Positions 1-10,687 are shown, counted from the first letter of the stretch. The stretch is 64,000 nucleotides of DNA from an uncultured Acidobacteriota bacterium (GCA_963770995.1 CAVYRS010000001.1:79575-143574); one strand, 5' to 3'. Program-made: numbers and translations. The notes: generated by a model not told the origin, from the letters alone.

Positions 1-448
1 TCAGCTCGCTCGCGTTCTGTCGGACCCACGCCACGATGGCGGCGGCATCGAGTCCCAGACGGTCACTGAGCCACTCGTAGGCCTGCCGCAGCGGCGCCCC
101 GGCCTTGAGGCCGGTTTCGTCCGTGAACACCTGCTGCAGGCTGGCGCCCAGCGCCAGGAACTGATCGATGGCCACAGCCGTGATGAACAGGAGGGGAATG
201 ACGAAGGCCACCACCACCATCACGCTGCAGACGAACGCGCTCAACGACACGCGTCCCGTCTTCCGCACGAGCCGCTGGTACACGGGATGAAACGTGATCA
301 CCAAAACCGACGACCAGGCAATCACGTTCAGAAACGGTCTCACGATCAACAGACAGAAGTAGACGACCAGCGCGGTCGCGGCGAGGAACACTGTCCACTT
401 GAGCGCACGCTGTGTGAACGTCGAGGGATGTTGTGAGGCGTCAGACAT
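1..448 (-). CDS. AI-2E family transporter, N-terminal part (runs off window start)
   Basis: Manual translation MSDASQHPSTFTQRALKWTVFLAATALVVYFCLLIVRPFLNVIAWSSVLVITFHPVYQRL matches the AI-2E/PerM N-terminal pattern; not in ORF track. Confidence 0.8.
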   Translation of the reverse strand, partial: MSDASQHPSTFTQRALKWTVFLAATALVVYFCLLIVRPFLNVIAWSSVLVITFHPVYQRLVRKTGRVSLSAFVCSVMVVVAFVIPLLFITAVAIDQFLALGASLQQVFTDETGLKAGAPLRQAYEWLSDRLGLDAAAIVAWVRQNASEL

Positions 449-461
449 GCGGGCATCCACG

Positions 462-1502
462 TCAGCGACGGGGCGCGGACTGTTCGACGGAGCGCTTGAT
501 CGAGGCGAGCGCGCTTTCGAGCGACGAGCGCGTCTTGTCGACGACGACCTTCCGGAGGATCGAGCCTTTGACGCCGGTCAACCCTTCCTGCTCTGAGCCT
601 TTGAGCGTCAGCAGATAGAAACCGTGCGGGGCGACCGTCGCTCCGTCGTCGACGCACACCGACATGTCCAGCGCGGTATGGAAGTAGTGCGTCGCGTACA
701 GCTGCTTGATCGCGACGACGCCGAAGTCGCGGCCCTGCGCGCGGCCGCGATAGATGACGCCGTGGTTCACCCGAATCGTGGGCTTCAGCCCGAACGACAC
801 CTTCTCCCAGTAGAAGAAGCTGTCGGCGCCGGCGAGCTCGGCGTTCGGGTATTCGAGGAGGTAGCGGCGCAGCTCCGGCAGCACGTCGGGCAACGCCGAG
901 GCACGGCCGATCATCGTCTCGAACTGATCGGCGATGCGCGCGGGATGGTCTTTGTCCCGATATTCTCCGAGCGCCTCGTTGCCGCCACGCTGATACGCCT
1001 GTATCAGCTGCAGAACCCTCGGACGGGCGAGGGCGTTGGCTTGATCCGCCGCATCGGGTCGCGACCAGTTCACGCCGTCGTGAAACGCCTGAATCGCGGT
1101 CGTCGGCAGCTGCACGTCGCACGAGCCTTCGCGGCAGTTCTTGAGCGCCTTCACATCGTCCGGGTCGAACGCGAGTGCGCTGAGATCCGCGACCGTCGCG
1201 TCTTCGCGGATCTCGCCGATACCCTGGTATCCCGGCGTGCCGCTCAGCCGTCCGACGTCACGCGCGGCCTCGAGATACGTGTCGGGTGACCCCTCCACGT
1301 GCACCGCGCCGAACACGTACACCTCGGACGGACCGCCCCACGAGAGGACCTTCGCGACCGGACGGCCGGCGTCGATGGCCGCGATCTGTTGCGACGTCAG
1401 CCCGAGGTCCGTGAAGATTTTCAGCGGAACGCGCGCAACCGCCGCCTGAACGATGGCGCTTGAAATCAGGCTGAGCGCGAGCAGCAGCGTGCGACGGTGC
1501 AT
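462..1502 (-). CDS. Exported hypothetical protein
   Basis: 346 aa, signal peptide (MHRRTLLLALSLISSAIVQA), GGAGG RBS, co-directional with neighbours. Confidence 0.75.
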   Translation of the reverse strand: MHRRTLLLALSLISSAIVQAAVARVPLKIFTDLGLTSQQIAAIDAGRPVAKVLSWGGPSEVYVFGAVHVEGSPDTYLEAARDVGRLSGTPGYQGIGEIREDATVADLSALAFDPDDVKALKNCREGSCDVQLPTTAIQAFHDGVNWSRPDAADQANALARPRVLQLIQAYQRGGNEALGEYRDKDHPARIADQFETMIGRASALPDVLPELRRYLLEYPNAELAGADSFFYWEKVSFGLKPTIRVNHGVIYRGRAQGRDFGVVAIKQLYATHYFHTALDMSVCVDDGATVAPHGFYLLTLKGSEQEGLTGVKGSILRKVVVDKTRSSLESALASIKRSVEQSAPRR

Positions 1503-1559
1503 GGGACCTCCAATGCGTTACGGCTTCAGCAGAGCGACCGGCAATGGCGTCGCCTGCCG

Positions 1560-2128
1560 TTACGCCACGATCCGGCGCACGGCGACCGAGAGCATCAGCC
1601 GCGTGATGCCGCTGAAGAACATGCTGACGCCGACGAGCGTGCCGATCGCCCAGACCGAGCTGATCGGCCAGGCGCTCCCGATCATCGCGGCCAGCACCAG
1701 CGTCACGATGCCGTCGAACAGCAACCACCCGCTGCCCGGGAGCGGCCGCAGCTGAAACGACAGCACGAACTCCAGCACGCCCTCGAGCACCAGGTAGAAC
1801 ACCAGCGCCAGCGTCAGCGACTCCAGGCCGGCGACTGGCCGTGCGAGCAGGTAGAAGCCGATCCCGCCGTAGAGAATCCCGAGCAGAATCTCCCAGACGA
1901 CGGCGCCGGGGCGGCCCGCCTGCCAGGCATACGCCAGGTGCAGGATGCCGCTGAAGATCAGCAGCCATCCGAAAAAGACCGTGACGGCCACGCCGGCGAT
2001 CGCGGGCGAGAAGATCGCCAGCACACCAGCGGCGATCATCAGCACACTGAGCACGATCGACCACGTCGTCGCCTTGTGGATATCGCCGGCGATCGGTTCG
2101 TCATCGAGTTCGCCATCGAGTTCGCCAT
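1560..2128 (-). CDS. HdeD/DUF308 family membrane protein (1-bp frameshift near 2095)
   Basis: Multi-TM GVLAIFSP...FFGWLLIFSG...GTLVGVSMFFSG; the AAAGGAG RBS precedes ATG 2128, which is one base out of frame with the body. Confidence 0.8.
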
Positions 2129-2219
2129 AAGATGCTCCTTTCACGCAGTGAGGGTTGTGAGAACGTTTCAACGGTCCCCGCACGGCGCTTCGTCCGCCGT
2201 GCGAGGACTCAGCATGCGC

Positions 2220-3014
2220 TCAGCGGAGCGCGGATTTCGTGAGCTCCCACGCCTGATGGAGCTTGTCCGATCGCTCGCGGTACTCGGCTCGGATCTCGGC
2301 CAGCCGCTTCTCGAGGCGTTGCTTCCGCTCATCCCGCGCGGTTTTCAACTGTTGCTGCAAAGACTCGATCTTGGCTTCGCCCTCCCGCTTCACCGATTCG
2401 ATGCGGGCTTTGAGCTCATCCCGTTTGTCCTGAAGCTTGTGGCGTGTGTCCTCGATTCTCGCCTCGAGCCTGGCCTTCCGCTCCGCGGAGGCTTTCTTGA
2501 GTTCCGCCTCCAGCGCGGCCAACTCCTCGCGGTCCGCGGCGATTTGCTTTTCGTAGTAGGCGTCCTCGATCTCAATCCGATTGCGCCGGAATACGTGTCC
2601 GCCCAGCGCCTCCATCCGGGTGTCGATCGGCGCCTGCCAGTCCTCATCGACCTCCGTGATGACCGCGGTCTTTCCGGGGAGCAGATACTCCGACATCTCC
2701 TGCAGAAAGTCGTCGCTGATGCCGGCCCGAGCCAGATCGAACGTTGCGCCGATCATCGTCCCGGTGCTCGCGCCGACCGCTACGCCGAGTGGCCCTCCGA
2801 GGATCCCGATGAGGCTTCCGGTGAGCAGACCGAAGAACGTCCCCTCCGGAACCTCACCGCCTTCTCGCACTGAGAGCTTTCCGCTCGCGTCCTTGGCAAC
2901 GACCGCATCCGAATACAACGTGATGCTGCCGTCTGCGTGCAGGTCGCGAAACGCACGCAATCCTTCGTACGCCTGTTTCTCCTCGTTGAATACGACTGCG
3001 ACTACTTTGTCCAT
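2220..3014 (-). CDS. DUF1269 family membrane protein with C-terminal coiled coil
   Basis: MDKVVAVVF..., glycine zipper GSLIGILGGPLGVAVGASTG, AAGG RBS. Confidence 0.8.
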   Translation of the reverse strand: MDKVVAVVFNEEKQAYEGLRAFRDLHADGSITLYSDAVVAKDASGKLSVREGGEVPEGTFFGLLTGSLIGILGGPLGVAVGASTGTMIGATFDLARAGISDDFLQEMSEYLLPGKTAVITEVDEDWQAPIDTRMEALGGHVFRRNRIEIEDAYYEKQIAADREELAALEAELKKASAERKARLEARIEDTRHKLQDKRDELKARIESVKREGEAKIESLQQQLKTARDERKQRLEKRLAEIRAEYRERSDKLHQAWELTKSALR

Positions 3015-3117
3015 AAGTCCCTTCCTTTCCTGGCGTGTTACCGCCGCTCGTGAGCAGCTCATGCCGCCTTTCCAGCCCTGCGAATGTCGCATCGCCTCGA
3101 GCGTCATCATCACCAGG

Positions 3118-3133
3118 GCAAGCGTCGTTCCAA
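3118..3133 (-). promoter_or_regulatory. Sigma-54 -24/-12 promoter candidate
   Basis: TTGGAACGACGCTTGC (GG-N10-GC) upstream of the DUF1269 gene. Confidence 0.65.
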
Positions 3134-3214
3134 TGAGCCAGCCGGATGGAGATCCTCGATCCCGCTATCGTTCACAGGCTTGCGCGGGTAGCGCGGCTGT
3201 AACGCGGTAGCGTG

Positions 3215-3235
3215 GTGACGAAATCAAGGCACGAG
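3215..3235. promoter_or_regulatory. Putative enhancer (UAS) motif copy
   Basis: GTGACGAAATCAAGGCACGAG; related copies at 3767, 5562, 7412, 7726. Confidence 0.55.
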
Positions 3236-3282
3236 CCTCACAGGCGTCGGCTGCTGTCGGAACGAGAGCTCAGCGCCGGCCG

Positions 3283-3582
3283 TCATCGCCGTCCTCCTTC
3301 CGCCGCGGGGTCACCCGGCTTCAAGCTCTCAATGACATATCGATTCATGCACCCGGCCACGACGAACTCGACGTCGTTGTCAGCCATTCGGTGGAGTAAC
3401 TGTTCACCGTCTGGATCGATGAAGTCGACGTTCGACAGCACCATTGTCAGCTTCGCGGACGGCTTGTCGTCCATGATGGAGCGCCAGTGCTGTTCGAGCA
3501 CCGCCACCCATTCGCCGCCGAGTCTCCCATGCAGGTCGAGCCTGTAGCGGTCTCCCTGCCTCTCGGTAATCACCCGTAACAT
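3283..3582 (-). CDS. Small STAS-like domain protein
   Basis: MLRVITE...[10 protein letters not shown]...[15 protein letters not shown] resembles the STAS fold. Confidence 0.7.
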   Translation of the reverse strand: MLRVITERQGDRYRLDLHGRLGGEWVAVLEQHWRSIMDDKPSAKLTMVLSNVDFIDPDGEQLLHRMADNDVEFVVAGCMNRYVIESLKPGDPAAEGGRR

Positions 3583-3666
3583 TTATGCGCTCTCGCCCAC
3601 AGGCGACGACGTTCGCTGCGAACTGCGGCGCGTCGTCGTCCTCGCGTCGTTCCAGCGACGCTGGCG

Positions 3667-3681
3667 GCAAGATCGATACCC
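3667..3681 (-). promoter_or_regulatory. Sigma-54 promoter candidate
   Basis: GGGTATCGATCTTGC upstream of the STAS-like gene; UAS-like motif at 3767-3783. Confidence 0.5.
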
Positions 3682-3818
3682 GCCCGCGAATGCGGGACCG
3701 CAGCGGTATCCGCTTGTCCGTCATTGAGGTTGACGCCAGCCGTCGGCGGCACCGAGCGGCTCCGCCGTGGCGAAATGAAGTCAGAAGTTTCCGGGACGTC
3801 ACGCTGAACACAGCGCGA

Positions 3819-5477
3819 ATGGCGACCCGAAAGATCGGACATGTGGGCGTCCGGCGATGGGCTACGATGTTGGCCTTGATTGCCGGTGGCGCCGGTCCCC
3901 AGGAGGCGGCGGTGCAAGACAGCCAGCTGCAGACAGAACGCGAACACCTGCACGCGTTGCTCGAATTGACGAATGCCGTGACGACGCGCGACGTCGCGTC
4001 ACTCGCCGCAGCGATCGCGCCGAACCTGCAGCGCATCGTCGCGCATGATGACGTATCCCTGTTCCTCTTGCATCCAGCAAGCGAGCAGATGGGCCGCTAC
4101 GCATTCACCGCCATTGGCGTGGGCTGGACCGACGAGCTCACGGCGGAGTTGCGCCCTGACGCCGAACCGTTCGCCACGTGGCTGGCGGAGCGCCGCACCG
4201 TAGACATCGATCTGGAACAGTTCGACTGGACGGGACGCGAGGGGATTCATCGCAATGTCACCGCCGCCGGCTTGAAGCACACGGGCTTCGTCCCACTCGC
4301 GACGCCGCGCGAGACGTTGGGCTTTCTGCTGTTGAATCGTCGCTCAGCTGCGCCGTTCACGCGTGACGAGATGAACTGGAGCTCTCGGGCGGCTGCACAG
4401 ATCGCCATTGCGCTCGAGAATGCGCTCGCGTTTCGCGAGATAGCCGCGCTCAAAGATCGCCTCGCGCGAGAAAATATCTATCTCGAAGAAGAGATCCGCG
4501 GCGCCCAGCATTTCGGAGAGATCGTCGGAGAAAGCCGGGCGCTGAAACGCATCCTGAGCCAGGTCGCAACGGTGGCCGCAACCGATGCCACTGTGTTGCT
4601 GCTCGGCGAAACGGGAACGGGCAAGGAGCTGATCGCGCGGGCTGTTCACTCGGAGGGCGAGCGCCGGGGACGGTCTCTCGTCACGGTGAACTGCGCCACC
4701 TCGCCCGCGGGGCTGCTCGAGAGCGAATGGTTCGGCCACGAGCGTGGAGCGTTCACCGGGGCACTGGCGCAGAAGATCGGCCGGTTCGAGCTGGCGCATC
4801 AGGGCACCTTGTTCCTCGATGAAATCGGCGACGTGCCACTCGAACTGCAGTCGAAGCTGCTGCGCGCGCTTCAAGAGCGTGAAATCGAGCGATTAGGAAG
4901 CACGCGAACCATTCGCGTCGACTTTCGGCTGATCGCCGCCACCAACCGCGATCTCGAGGAGATGGTCGCCAAGCGGGAATTCCGTTCGGACCTGTACTAC
5001 CGGCTGAACGTCTTTCCAATCCGGATTCCGCCGCTGCGGGAACGCAGGGAGGACATTCCGATGCTCGTCCGCTACTTTGCGCAGCGGTTCGCCAAGGCGC
5101 TGCGGCGGCCCATCGAATCGGTGTCGCGCGAGAGCATGGAAATGCTGTGCCGGTGGCCGTGGCCCGGCAACGTGCGCGAGCTGCAGAACGTGATCGAGCG
5201 CGCGGTCATCCTGTCGCAGGGCACGGTGCTGACCGTCCCCCGCTCGGAGTTCGAGTCGCCCTTGCCTTCGACGTCCTCGCCCGTGACGCTGGAGGACGCC
5301 GAACGCGACCACATCCTGCGCGCACTCGAGCAGACCGACTGGGTGATTGGTGGCGCCGGCGGTGCCGCCGCGCGACTCGGCCTCAAGCGTACGTCACTCG
5401 TCTCGACCATGCGGCGGCTCGGCATTGTCCGACCAAAGCCACACGCGGGCGAGAATCGCGACGTTCGCGCCCGCTGA
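3819..5477 (+). CDS. Sigma-54-dependent activator, GAF-AAA+-HTH (FhlA-like)
   Basis: Walker [15 protein letters not shown], Walker [19 protein letters not shown]-terminal [14 protein letters not shown]; start codon uncertain. Confidence 0.93.
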   Translation: MATRKIGHVGVRRWATMLALIAGGAGPQEAAVQDSQLQTEREHLHALLELTNAVTTRDVASLAAAIAPNLQRIVAHDDVSLFLLHPASEQMGRYAFTAIGVGWTDELTAELRPDAEPFATWLAERRTVDIDLEQFDWTGREGIHRNVTAAGLKHTGFVPLATPRETLGFLLLNRRSAAPFTRDEMNWSSRAAAQIAIALENALAFREIAALKDRLARENIYLEEEIRGAQHFGEIVGESRALKRILSQVATVAATDATVLLLGETGTGKELIARAVHSEGERRGRSLVTVNCATSPAGLLESEWFGHERGAFTGALAQKIGRFELAHQGTLFLDEIGDVPLELQSKLLRALQEREIERLGSTRTIRVDFRLIAATNRDLEEMVAKREFRSDLYYRLNVFPIRIPPLRERREDIPMLVRYFAQRFAKALRRPIESVSRESMEMLCRWPWPGNVRELQNVIERAVILSQGTVLTVPRSEFESPLPSTSSPVTLEDAERDHILRALEQTDWVIGGAGGAAARLGLKRTSLVSTMRRLGIVRPKPHAGENRDVRAR

Positions 5478-5561
5478 CGGGAGTCGTTCTCCCGGAATTC
5501 AACAGTCATCCGTACAGGTTCGCCCCGGTCGCGAACCCCGCTCCCCGTGACGCGGATAGGT

Positions 5562-5582
5562 CTCGTGCCTCTATTTCGTCAC
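5562..5582. promoter_or_regulatory. Putative enhancer (UAS) motif copy
   Basis: CTCGTGCCTCTATTTCGTCAC, near-identical to the reverse complement of 3215-3235. Confidence 0.55.
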
Positions 5583-5664
5583 GGTCGCATCGTTTCACCA
5601 ATCGCCATGAGTCGCAACCTTGTGGACGAGAACGGGATACATCATCTCCTTCACGCGCGCTCTC

Positions 5665-5679
5665 AGGTACGACACTTGC
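5665..5679 (+). promoter_or_regulatory. Sigma-54 promoter candidate
   Basis: AGGTACGACACTTGC upstream of ORF 5751. Confidence 0.65.
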
Positions 5680-5750
5680 GCGTTCAACGGCGAAGCCAGA
5701 CGTTCTGGGCAGACCGTGCGCGCACCGCTGAGTGAACAAGGAGAGGGAAC

Positions 5751-6077
5751 ATGGAGACACCAAAGACACAACCGGGAACCGGGTCCACACTCCAAGCCTA
5801 CGAGGAGAAGATCGCCGCGCAGATTCATGCGGCGAACGCCCGCATCGACGAGTTCGAGGCGAAGACCAAGCCAGCGCGGGCCCAGGCGGAAATCGCCGCG
5901 ATCAATGGCTTGAAGGCCGCCAGGCAAAACATCGAACGGATGCTGGTCGACCTCAAGACGACGCGAGACGCGCAGGTTGCACGCGCCAAGACCGACATCG
6001 ATGCGGCGATCGTGGCATTCCAGGGGTCGCTCGAGGACTTCAGGCGCAAGTTCACGACGCCATCGGAGAAGAAGTAA
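5751..6077 (+). CDS. Small coiled-coil hypothetical protein
   Basis: 108 aa, amphipathic helical, strong purine-rich RBS. Confidence 0.75.
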   Translation: METPKTQPGTGSTLQAYEEKIAAQIHAANARIDEFEAKTKPARAQAEIAAINGLKAARQNIERMLVDLKTTRDAQVARAKTDIDAAIVAFQGSLEDFRRKFTTPSEKK

Positions 6078-6117
6078 CTCCGGGATCGGCCCGAACTTGG
6101 AACTGATTGGAACTGAG

Positions 6118-6312
6118 ATGACTACCGCAACCTGGATCGCCATCGTGTTACTCACGCCCTTCTGGTGGGGCCTGGGTCTCTTCATCCTGGCGTGGTTCAG
6201 GGACGTGTCGCCTCGGTTGCGGCCGCGTGTCTCACGCCTGTTCGACTGGCTGGAACGCACGCGCGCGGAGTCGCCGACCGAGCCGGCGATTTCACGCGCC
6301 GTAGCCGCATGA
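6118..6312 (+). CDS. Small membrane hypothetical protein
   Basis: MTTATWIAIVLLTPFWWGLGLFILAWF hydrophobic N-terminus. Confidence 0.5.
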   Translation: MTTATWIAIVLLTPFWWGLGLFILAWFRDVSPRLRPRVSRLFDWLERTRAESPTEPAISRAVAA

Positions 6313-6579
6313 GCGCCGATGCCTGCTTCACGATTGCGTCAACCGCCGCATGGTCGCGCGACCAGCGCAGGACCCACTGGTTCGGACGATCAACCGTCTC
6401 ACAAGAGCCAGATTCCCAGCTGGCTGCCGTATGCCGCAGCCGCGCTGATGGGCGTCTGGTTGCTGCAGGCGGTGGTCGCCCCGCTTCTTCCTCGTGCGTG
6501 CGGCGGTGTAATGAACATCGAAGCAGTCTCTCGCGCATAGCGCCGCCATTCGGCGCCCCTCGCTCCCGGACCGCCGCAC

Positions 6580-7305
6580 CTATTGCGGTTTGCGCCCGCG
6601 AATGCCGAGAGGCAGCGCCAGCCCGACGCGATGGCGGGACATGGCGTTACCGCGATCGAGGTTTGCGAGCATCAGGGCAGCCGCATCTGCGTACGGCACG
6701 ATCATCTGGGGAATCAGCGACGCGAAAACCGGCAGGAGGGACGAGTCCGGCAGGGTCCGCGCGACGGCGGGGATCTCAACGGGCAGGGCGTCGAGCGAGA
6801 TGCGCAGCCGGTCCAGCCCGAGCGCCGGCTCATCGACCATCGGGCCAGGACAGAGAAGTCGCCAGTCCACGCGCGAGCGGCTCAATCGCTCGAAGTTGAC
6901 TCGGTGGGGCCAATAGGTGGACTGCACCTCGGGCAGATCGACGCCGCGACGCCCGGACGAGTCGATGTCGAGGATCGCCGCGCCCGCGAGCAGCCAGCAG
7001 ACCGGCTGCTCCGCCATGGGAAGGCGCTCCATGCCTGTGACGAGCCGGTCGATCAGGCTGACGAACGTTTCGCCGTCGGCGACGTGGCCGGCGCAATTGA
7101 TCAACGCGTCCTGTCCTCCGACGAGATCGCGGGGCACGGTGGCACTGAGGTCGCCCGTGTGGACGGACACTTGTTCCCGGTGTTCGGCCGCCAGCTTGGA
7201 CGGCGTGCGGACGAACACCGTGACGTCGTGGCCGGCGGCGAGCGCCTGTCGCAGCACGTGGCGACCGAGAGACCCGGTCGCGCCCAGGATCAAGAGGCGG
7301 GACAT
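6580..7305 (-). CDS. NAD(P)-binding oxidoreductase (atypical SDR/flavin reductase-like)
   Basis: MSRLLILGATGSLGRHVLRQALAAGHDVTVFVR Rossmann motif. Confidence 0.88.
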   Translation of the reverse strand: MSRLLILGATGSLGRHVLRQALAAGHDVTVFVRTPSKLAAEHREQVSVHTGDLSATVPRDLVGGQDALINCAGHVADGETFVSLIDRLVTGMERLPMAEQPVCWLLAGAAILDIDSSGRRGVDLPEVQSTYWPHRVNFERLSRSRVDWRLLCPGPMVDEPALGLDRLRISLDALPVEIPAVARTLPDSSLLPVFASLIPQMIVPYADAAALMLANLDRGNAMSRHRVGLALPLGIRGRKPQ

Positions 7306-7318
7306 GTCCGTGCGTAGT

Positions 7319-7333
7319 GCAACGGCGCGGCCA
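7319..7333 (-). promoter_or_regulatory. Sigma-54 promoter candidate
   Basis: TGGCCGCGCCGTTGC just upstream of ATG 7305; UAS-like motif at 7412-7432. Confidence 0.55.
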
Positions 7334-7487
7334 CAACCTGACTTGCCTGTCTCGGGCCGATTACGTTGCTCGTTCGCGCACGTGCGCTGAGTCCTGCTGA
7401 CGGCCACAGGTCGGGTGCCTCGATTTCGTCACGTCATTGAGCACTTCATCGCCCCGACGCCTGCGCAAGCCTGCGTGCGGTGGGGCG

Positions 7488-7691
7488 AGCGGTCGTGAGA
7501 CCGCCAAGCAGTTGGTTGCGACACGCCCATCGCTGCGCGTGCTGTACATGTCTGGGTACACCGACGACGCGATCGTTCAACACGGGATCATCGAACCCGG
7601 ATTGGCCTTCATCCAGAAGCCATGTCCCGGGGAGGCGTTGGCGCGATGGATTCGCGAGGTGCTGGCGGCGGACCTGCCTCCACCCTTCTAA
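7488..7691 (+). pseudogene. C-terminal half of a response-regulator receiver domain
   Basis: SGRETAKQL...VLYMSGYTDDAIVQHG...FIQKP; the phosphoacceptor half is missing. Confidence 0.75.
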
Positions 7692-7816
7692 CAGGTTCCC
7701 GTCACGCTGCGACGTCCGCCCGGCAGACGCCTTCATTTCGCCACCATGGCAGCGGTCGCCTCGGCCTCAGGGACCGCAACCCGCGGACAGTCAACAAGAT
7801 CGCAGATCCAATCGGG

Positions 7817-7831
7817 TGGAACCGCAATTGC
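7817..7831 (+). promoter_or_regulatory. Sigma-54 promoter candidate
   Basis: TGGAACCGCAATTGC upstream of ORF 7900; UAS-like motif at 7726-7744. Confidence 0.6.
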
Positions 7832-7899
7832 GGTCGGACTGCGCGTCGCCGCCAGCCGCGCACGCGCTGAGAACGGCAGACGTGGAAGGGAGAGAAGAC

Positions 7900-8115
7900 A
7901 TGTTTGTCACCATCGACGGCAACTGGGTATACGTCAGGCTTTCGCGGCGCAACCTGCGCCAATTGGATGCCCTCCTGGATGGCCAGGACCCCCGGCGGAG
8001 CTGCATGGCGCGCAAAGACGAAAACGGCGTATCTCTCGTCGTACACGTGGAGGAGGATGCGGATCACTACGATGGGCGCGACGCAGGACCGGGCAAGGTG
8101 GCTCACCAGCCTTGA
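7900..8115 (+). CDS. Small hypothetical protein
   Basis: MFVTIDGNWVYVRLSRRNL..., GGGAGAG RBS. Confidence 0.6.
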   Translation: MFVTIDGNWVYVRLSRRNLRQLDALLDGQDPRRSCMARKDENGVSLVVHVEEDADHYDGRDAGPGKVAHQP

Positions 8116-8237
8116 GAAGCGATTCACTCGTGAGAGGTTCTGGGTTCACCCAACGGTTTCGAACGCGCCGTCCTGGCCGGCTCTGGCGCCGTCGGCGGCG
8201 GTTGAGGCGCAGCTGCAGCGTTTGCATCGCGGTCGGA

Positions 8238-8774
8238 TCAGCGGGGGATGGGCGGGTAATTCTTCAGGATCTTCTTGACGGCTTTGACGATGGCCGCATC
8301 TCGCTTTTCGGGCTTCGCGTGAACATCGATCTCACTCACGCTGACCCCCCGCCACACGAGCTCACGCTTCGCGGCATCCGTCACGTCGATGATGAGCGCG
8401 CCTACCGGGATGTCGTTGAGACGCGCGTTGAAGGTGTCGAGACCGCCCTGCCACACCAACGGTCCCAAGCTGCTGCCGGAACCCGTCACCGTCTTCTGCG
8501 CGCCCAGGGCGACGAGATAGAGGACGTTGAGATCTGGATTCGCCTCGTTTTTCGTCAACCCTCGTGCGACGAGCTGCGACTCGATCGCCCCGACGATCCG
8601 CTTGTCGATGAACGGTTCGACGGCAGGCGTGACGCTTTCCCACGCGAACGTCCTGAACTTCGAGAAATCCGTCGTCCGGTCGAAGTCATACGATGTCCTC
8701 TGTGCATGCAGGATCGGCGACACGCCCAGAAAAACCAGCAGCACGATTGACGGCAACGCGGCTCGTATCTTCAT
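8238..8774 (-). CDS. DUF4136 family exported protein
   Basis: Signal peptide, YDFDRTTDFSKFRTFAW, GALIIDVTDAAKRELVWRG; sigma-54-like TGGAACGGCACCTGC at 8811-8825. Confidence 0.85.
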   Translation of the reverse strand: MKIRAALPSIVLLVFLGVSPILHAQRTSYDFDRTTDFSKFRTFAWESVTPAVEPFIDKRIVGAIESQLVARGLTKNEANPDLNVLYLVALGAQKTVTGSGSSLGPLVWQGGLDTFNARLNDIPVGALIIDVTDAAKRELVWRGVSVSEIDVHAKPEKRDAAIVKAVKKILKNYPPIPR

Positions 8775-8996
8775 ATTCCATCTCTCTTCCCACTCACACG
8801 GGTCGCTTAAGCAGGTGCCGTTCCACCTCGTGAGCGCGCGTGACCGGATGATCCCGAGCAGCCGAAGCGGGCGCCACCGTGCACCCTGCGTGAAAACAGA
8901 CACGCCGCGTGGAAGCAAGGGCGGGCTCACCAATCCGGCCCGATACGACCGTCGGCTCAGCGCATCGCGAGCGCCCGCACGTGAATGCCAACGGCG

Positions 8997-9371
8997 TCAC
9001 GTTGCGTCCGCGGAAATGCGCCGATTCGCCGGGCGCGTGACGTACGAAACCGCCAGCGCCCCGATCAATGCGACGGGCAGCAAGAACAAGGGCTTGTCGC
9101 CGGCCAGGTAGTGCGCCACGGTTGCGGCGATCCACATGAACGTAAAGCCAGCGTAAGCCCATTCCTTCAGCCTCGGCAGACGCGGCAGGAGCAGCACCAT
9201 GGCACCGGCCAGCTTCGCGATGCCAAGCAGGACCCGCAGCTGCTGGGGATATCCCACGTGCCGAAAGTTCTCGACCGCCTGGGGCGCGGCGGTCAGATAC
9301 GCGAACGCGGCGAACAGCGGCACGATCGTCACCAGCCCCGTGGCTCCCCAGTACGCGATGTTTCGTGGCAT
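8997..9371 (-). CDS. DoxX-like membrane protein
   Basis: GYPQQLRVLLGIAKLAG...LKEWAYAG; sigma-54-like AGGCATTGCTCTTGC at 9492-9506. Confidence 0.85.
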   Translation of the reverse strand: MPRNIAYWGATGLVTIVPLFAAFAYLTAAPQAVENFRHVGYPQQLRVLLGIAKLAGAMVLLLPRLPRLKEWAYAGFTFMWIAATVAHYLAGDKPLFLLPVALIGALAVSYVTRPANRRISADAT

Positions 9372-9799
9372 GTTGCCTTCTGTAAGTGCGTGTCCGAAGT
9401 CGAACTCGGCGACTGTGCTTGACATGACTTTCTCCATAAGAGAGTTAGTGGCCGTCAGCGCCTCACCGCGCCGCGGTCGCTGCACGCTACGGCAAGAGCA
9501 ATGCCTCGTGACGCTGTCTAGTCCTTCGCATGCGACTTTTCGAGGAACTCGGCCCAGATCGACCAGGTTCGCCTCTACGCTCGGGTCGAGCGGCAACTCC
9601 TCGTGCGTCGCGGATTGTGCGTGGTGGCAGACGGTACGTGCGTTTTCGAACGCGCGCGGCGAAGAGGAACCTGGCGGACGTCAGTGGTGCGGCTGGCTCG
9701 CTATGACGCTGCGCGTGAGCCACGGATCGGGATCCGTCCGACAGAAGCGATCGACCTCGTCGCGGGCGAGATCGACGCGTCGCAGAACACGTTCAGTCA

Positions 9800-10687
9800 T
9801 CACCGACGGGGCGTGATTGTGGCGACAACGGGATAGTGATCTGATGCCTGTTCCACACGCTCTACTCGTCCAATGACCCGTGCGGCACCTTTCACGAACA
9901 GCCAGTCAATCGGATGGCGATGATTGATGGTGGTTCGGCGCTCGTCGCCGCGCGTGCTGCCGAGCGCGTCGGCGAAGCCGGCGGGCTCGAGGCCGGCGAA
10001 CATGAAGGACTGAAACGCCGACGCGTTGTTGAAGTCGCCGGCGATGATCGCCGGCTCGATCGCGCGGCGCTCGCGATCCTGGATTACTTCTTTCAACTGA
10101 CTTGCCCGCTGCACGTCGTCTCCCCCGCTCTCGAGGTGAATGCTGTAGACGAGCAGGCCCGCTGTGCGCGCGCGCAGGGCGAGGCGGCCGCCGCGGCGCG
10201 GCTGCATCGGGTTGAACCGCCAGCGCATCGACGACTGATCGGCAAAGACGATCGTCGCAGCGTCGGCGATCGGATCGCGGCTCAGGATCGCCTGGCTGGT
10301 GATCGCCGCCGGCGTGCCGCCGGCCTCGCCGACTTCCTGAAACTCGCCGGCGGTCACCCAGTTCATGCCGAGCGTCTGCGCGAGCTCGCGCGCGACGTCG
10401 CGGTTGCCGCTGCGCTGGCAGTAGCGGTCCACCTCCTGCAACAGCACGATGTCCGGCGCCAGTGCGCGGAGCGTCGACGCGATCTTCTGGAACTGGACGC
10501 CGCGCTCGATGTTCCACGTCACGACGGTCAGCGCGCGCCGATCGCCACCCGGCGGCGCGACGCCGGTGGGTTCGCCAGCGACCGCGTGGATCTCGGCGTC
10601 GGTCAGGCGCGGTTCAGTGAAATACCCCACGAACCGGAACAGGGCCAGAAGCGCCACGACTGCGAAGATAGCGGATCGCATCATCAA
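9800..10687 (-). CDS. Endonuclease/exonuclease/phosphatase (EEP) family protein with N-terminal anchor
   Basis: TWNIERG, LLQEVD, AGDFN, IDWLF, SDHYPV. Confidence 0.9.
   Translation of the reverse strand: MMMRSAIFAVVALLALFRFVGYFTEPRLTDAEIHAVAGEPTGVAPPGGDRRALTVVTWNIERGVQFQKIASTLRALAPDIVLLQEVDRYCQRSGNRDVARELAQTLGMNWVTAGEFQEVGEAGGTPAAITSQAILSRDPIADAATIVFADQSSMRWRFNPMQPRRGGRLALRARTAGLLVYSIHLESGGDDVQRASQLKEVIQDRERRAIEPAIIAGDFNNASAFQSFMFAGLEPAGFADALGSTRGDERRTTINHRHPIDWLFVKGAARVIGRVERVEQASDHYPVVATITPRR

Noticed and set aside
2102..2128. 12-bp tandem duplication at the HdeD gene start
   Set aside because: Only adds MANS once; no evidence of phase variation
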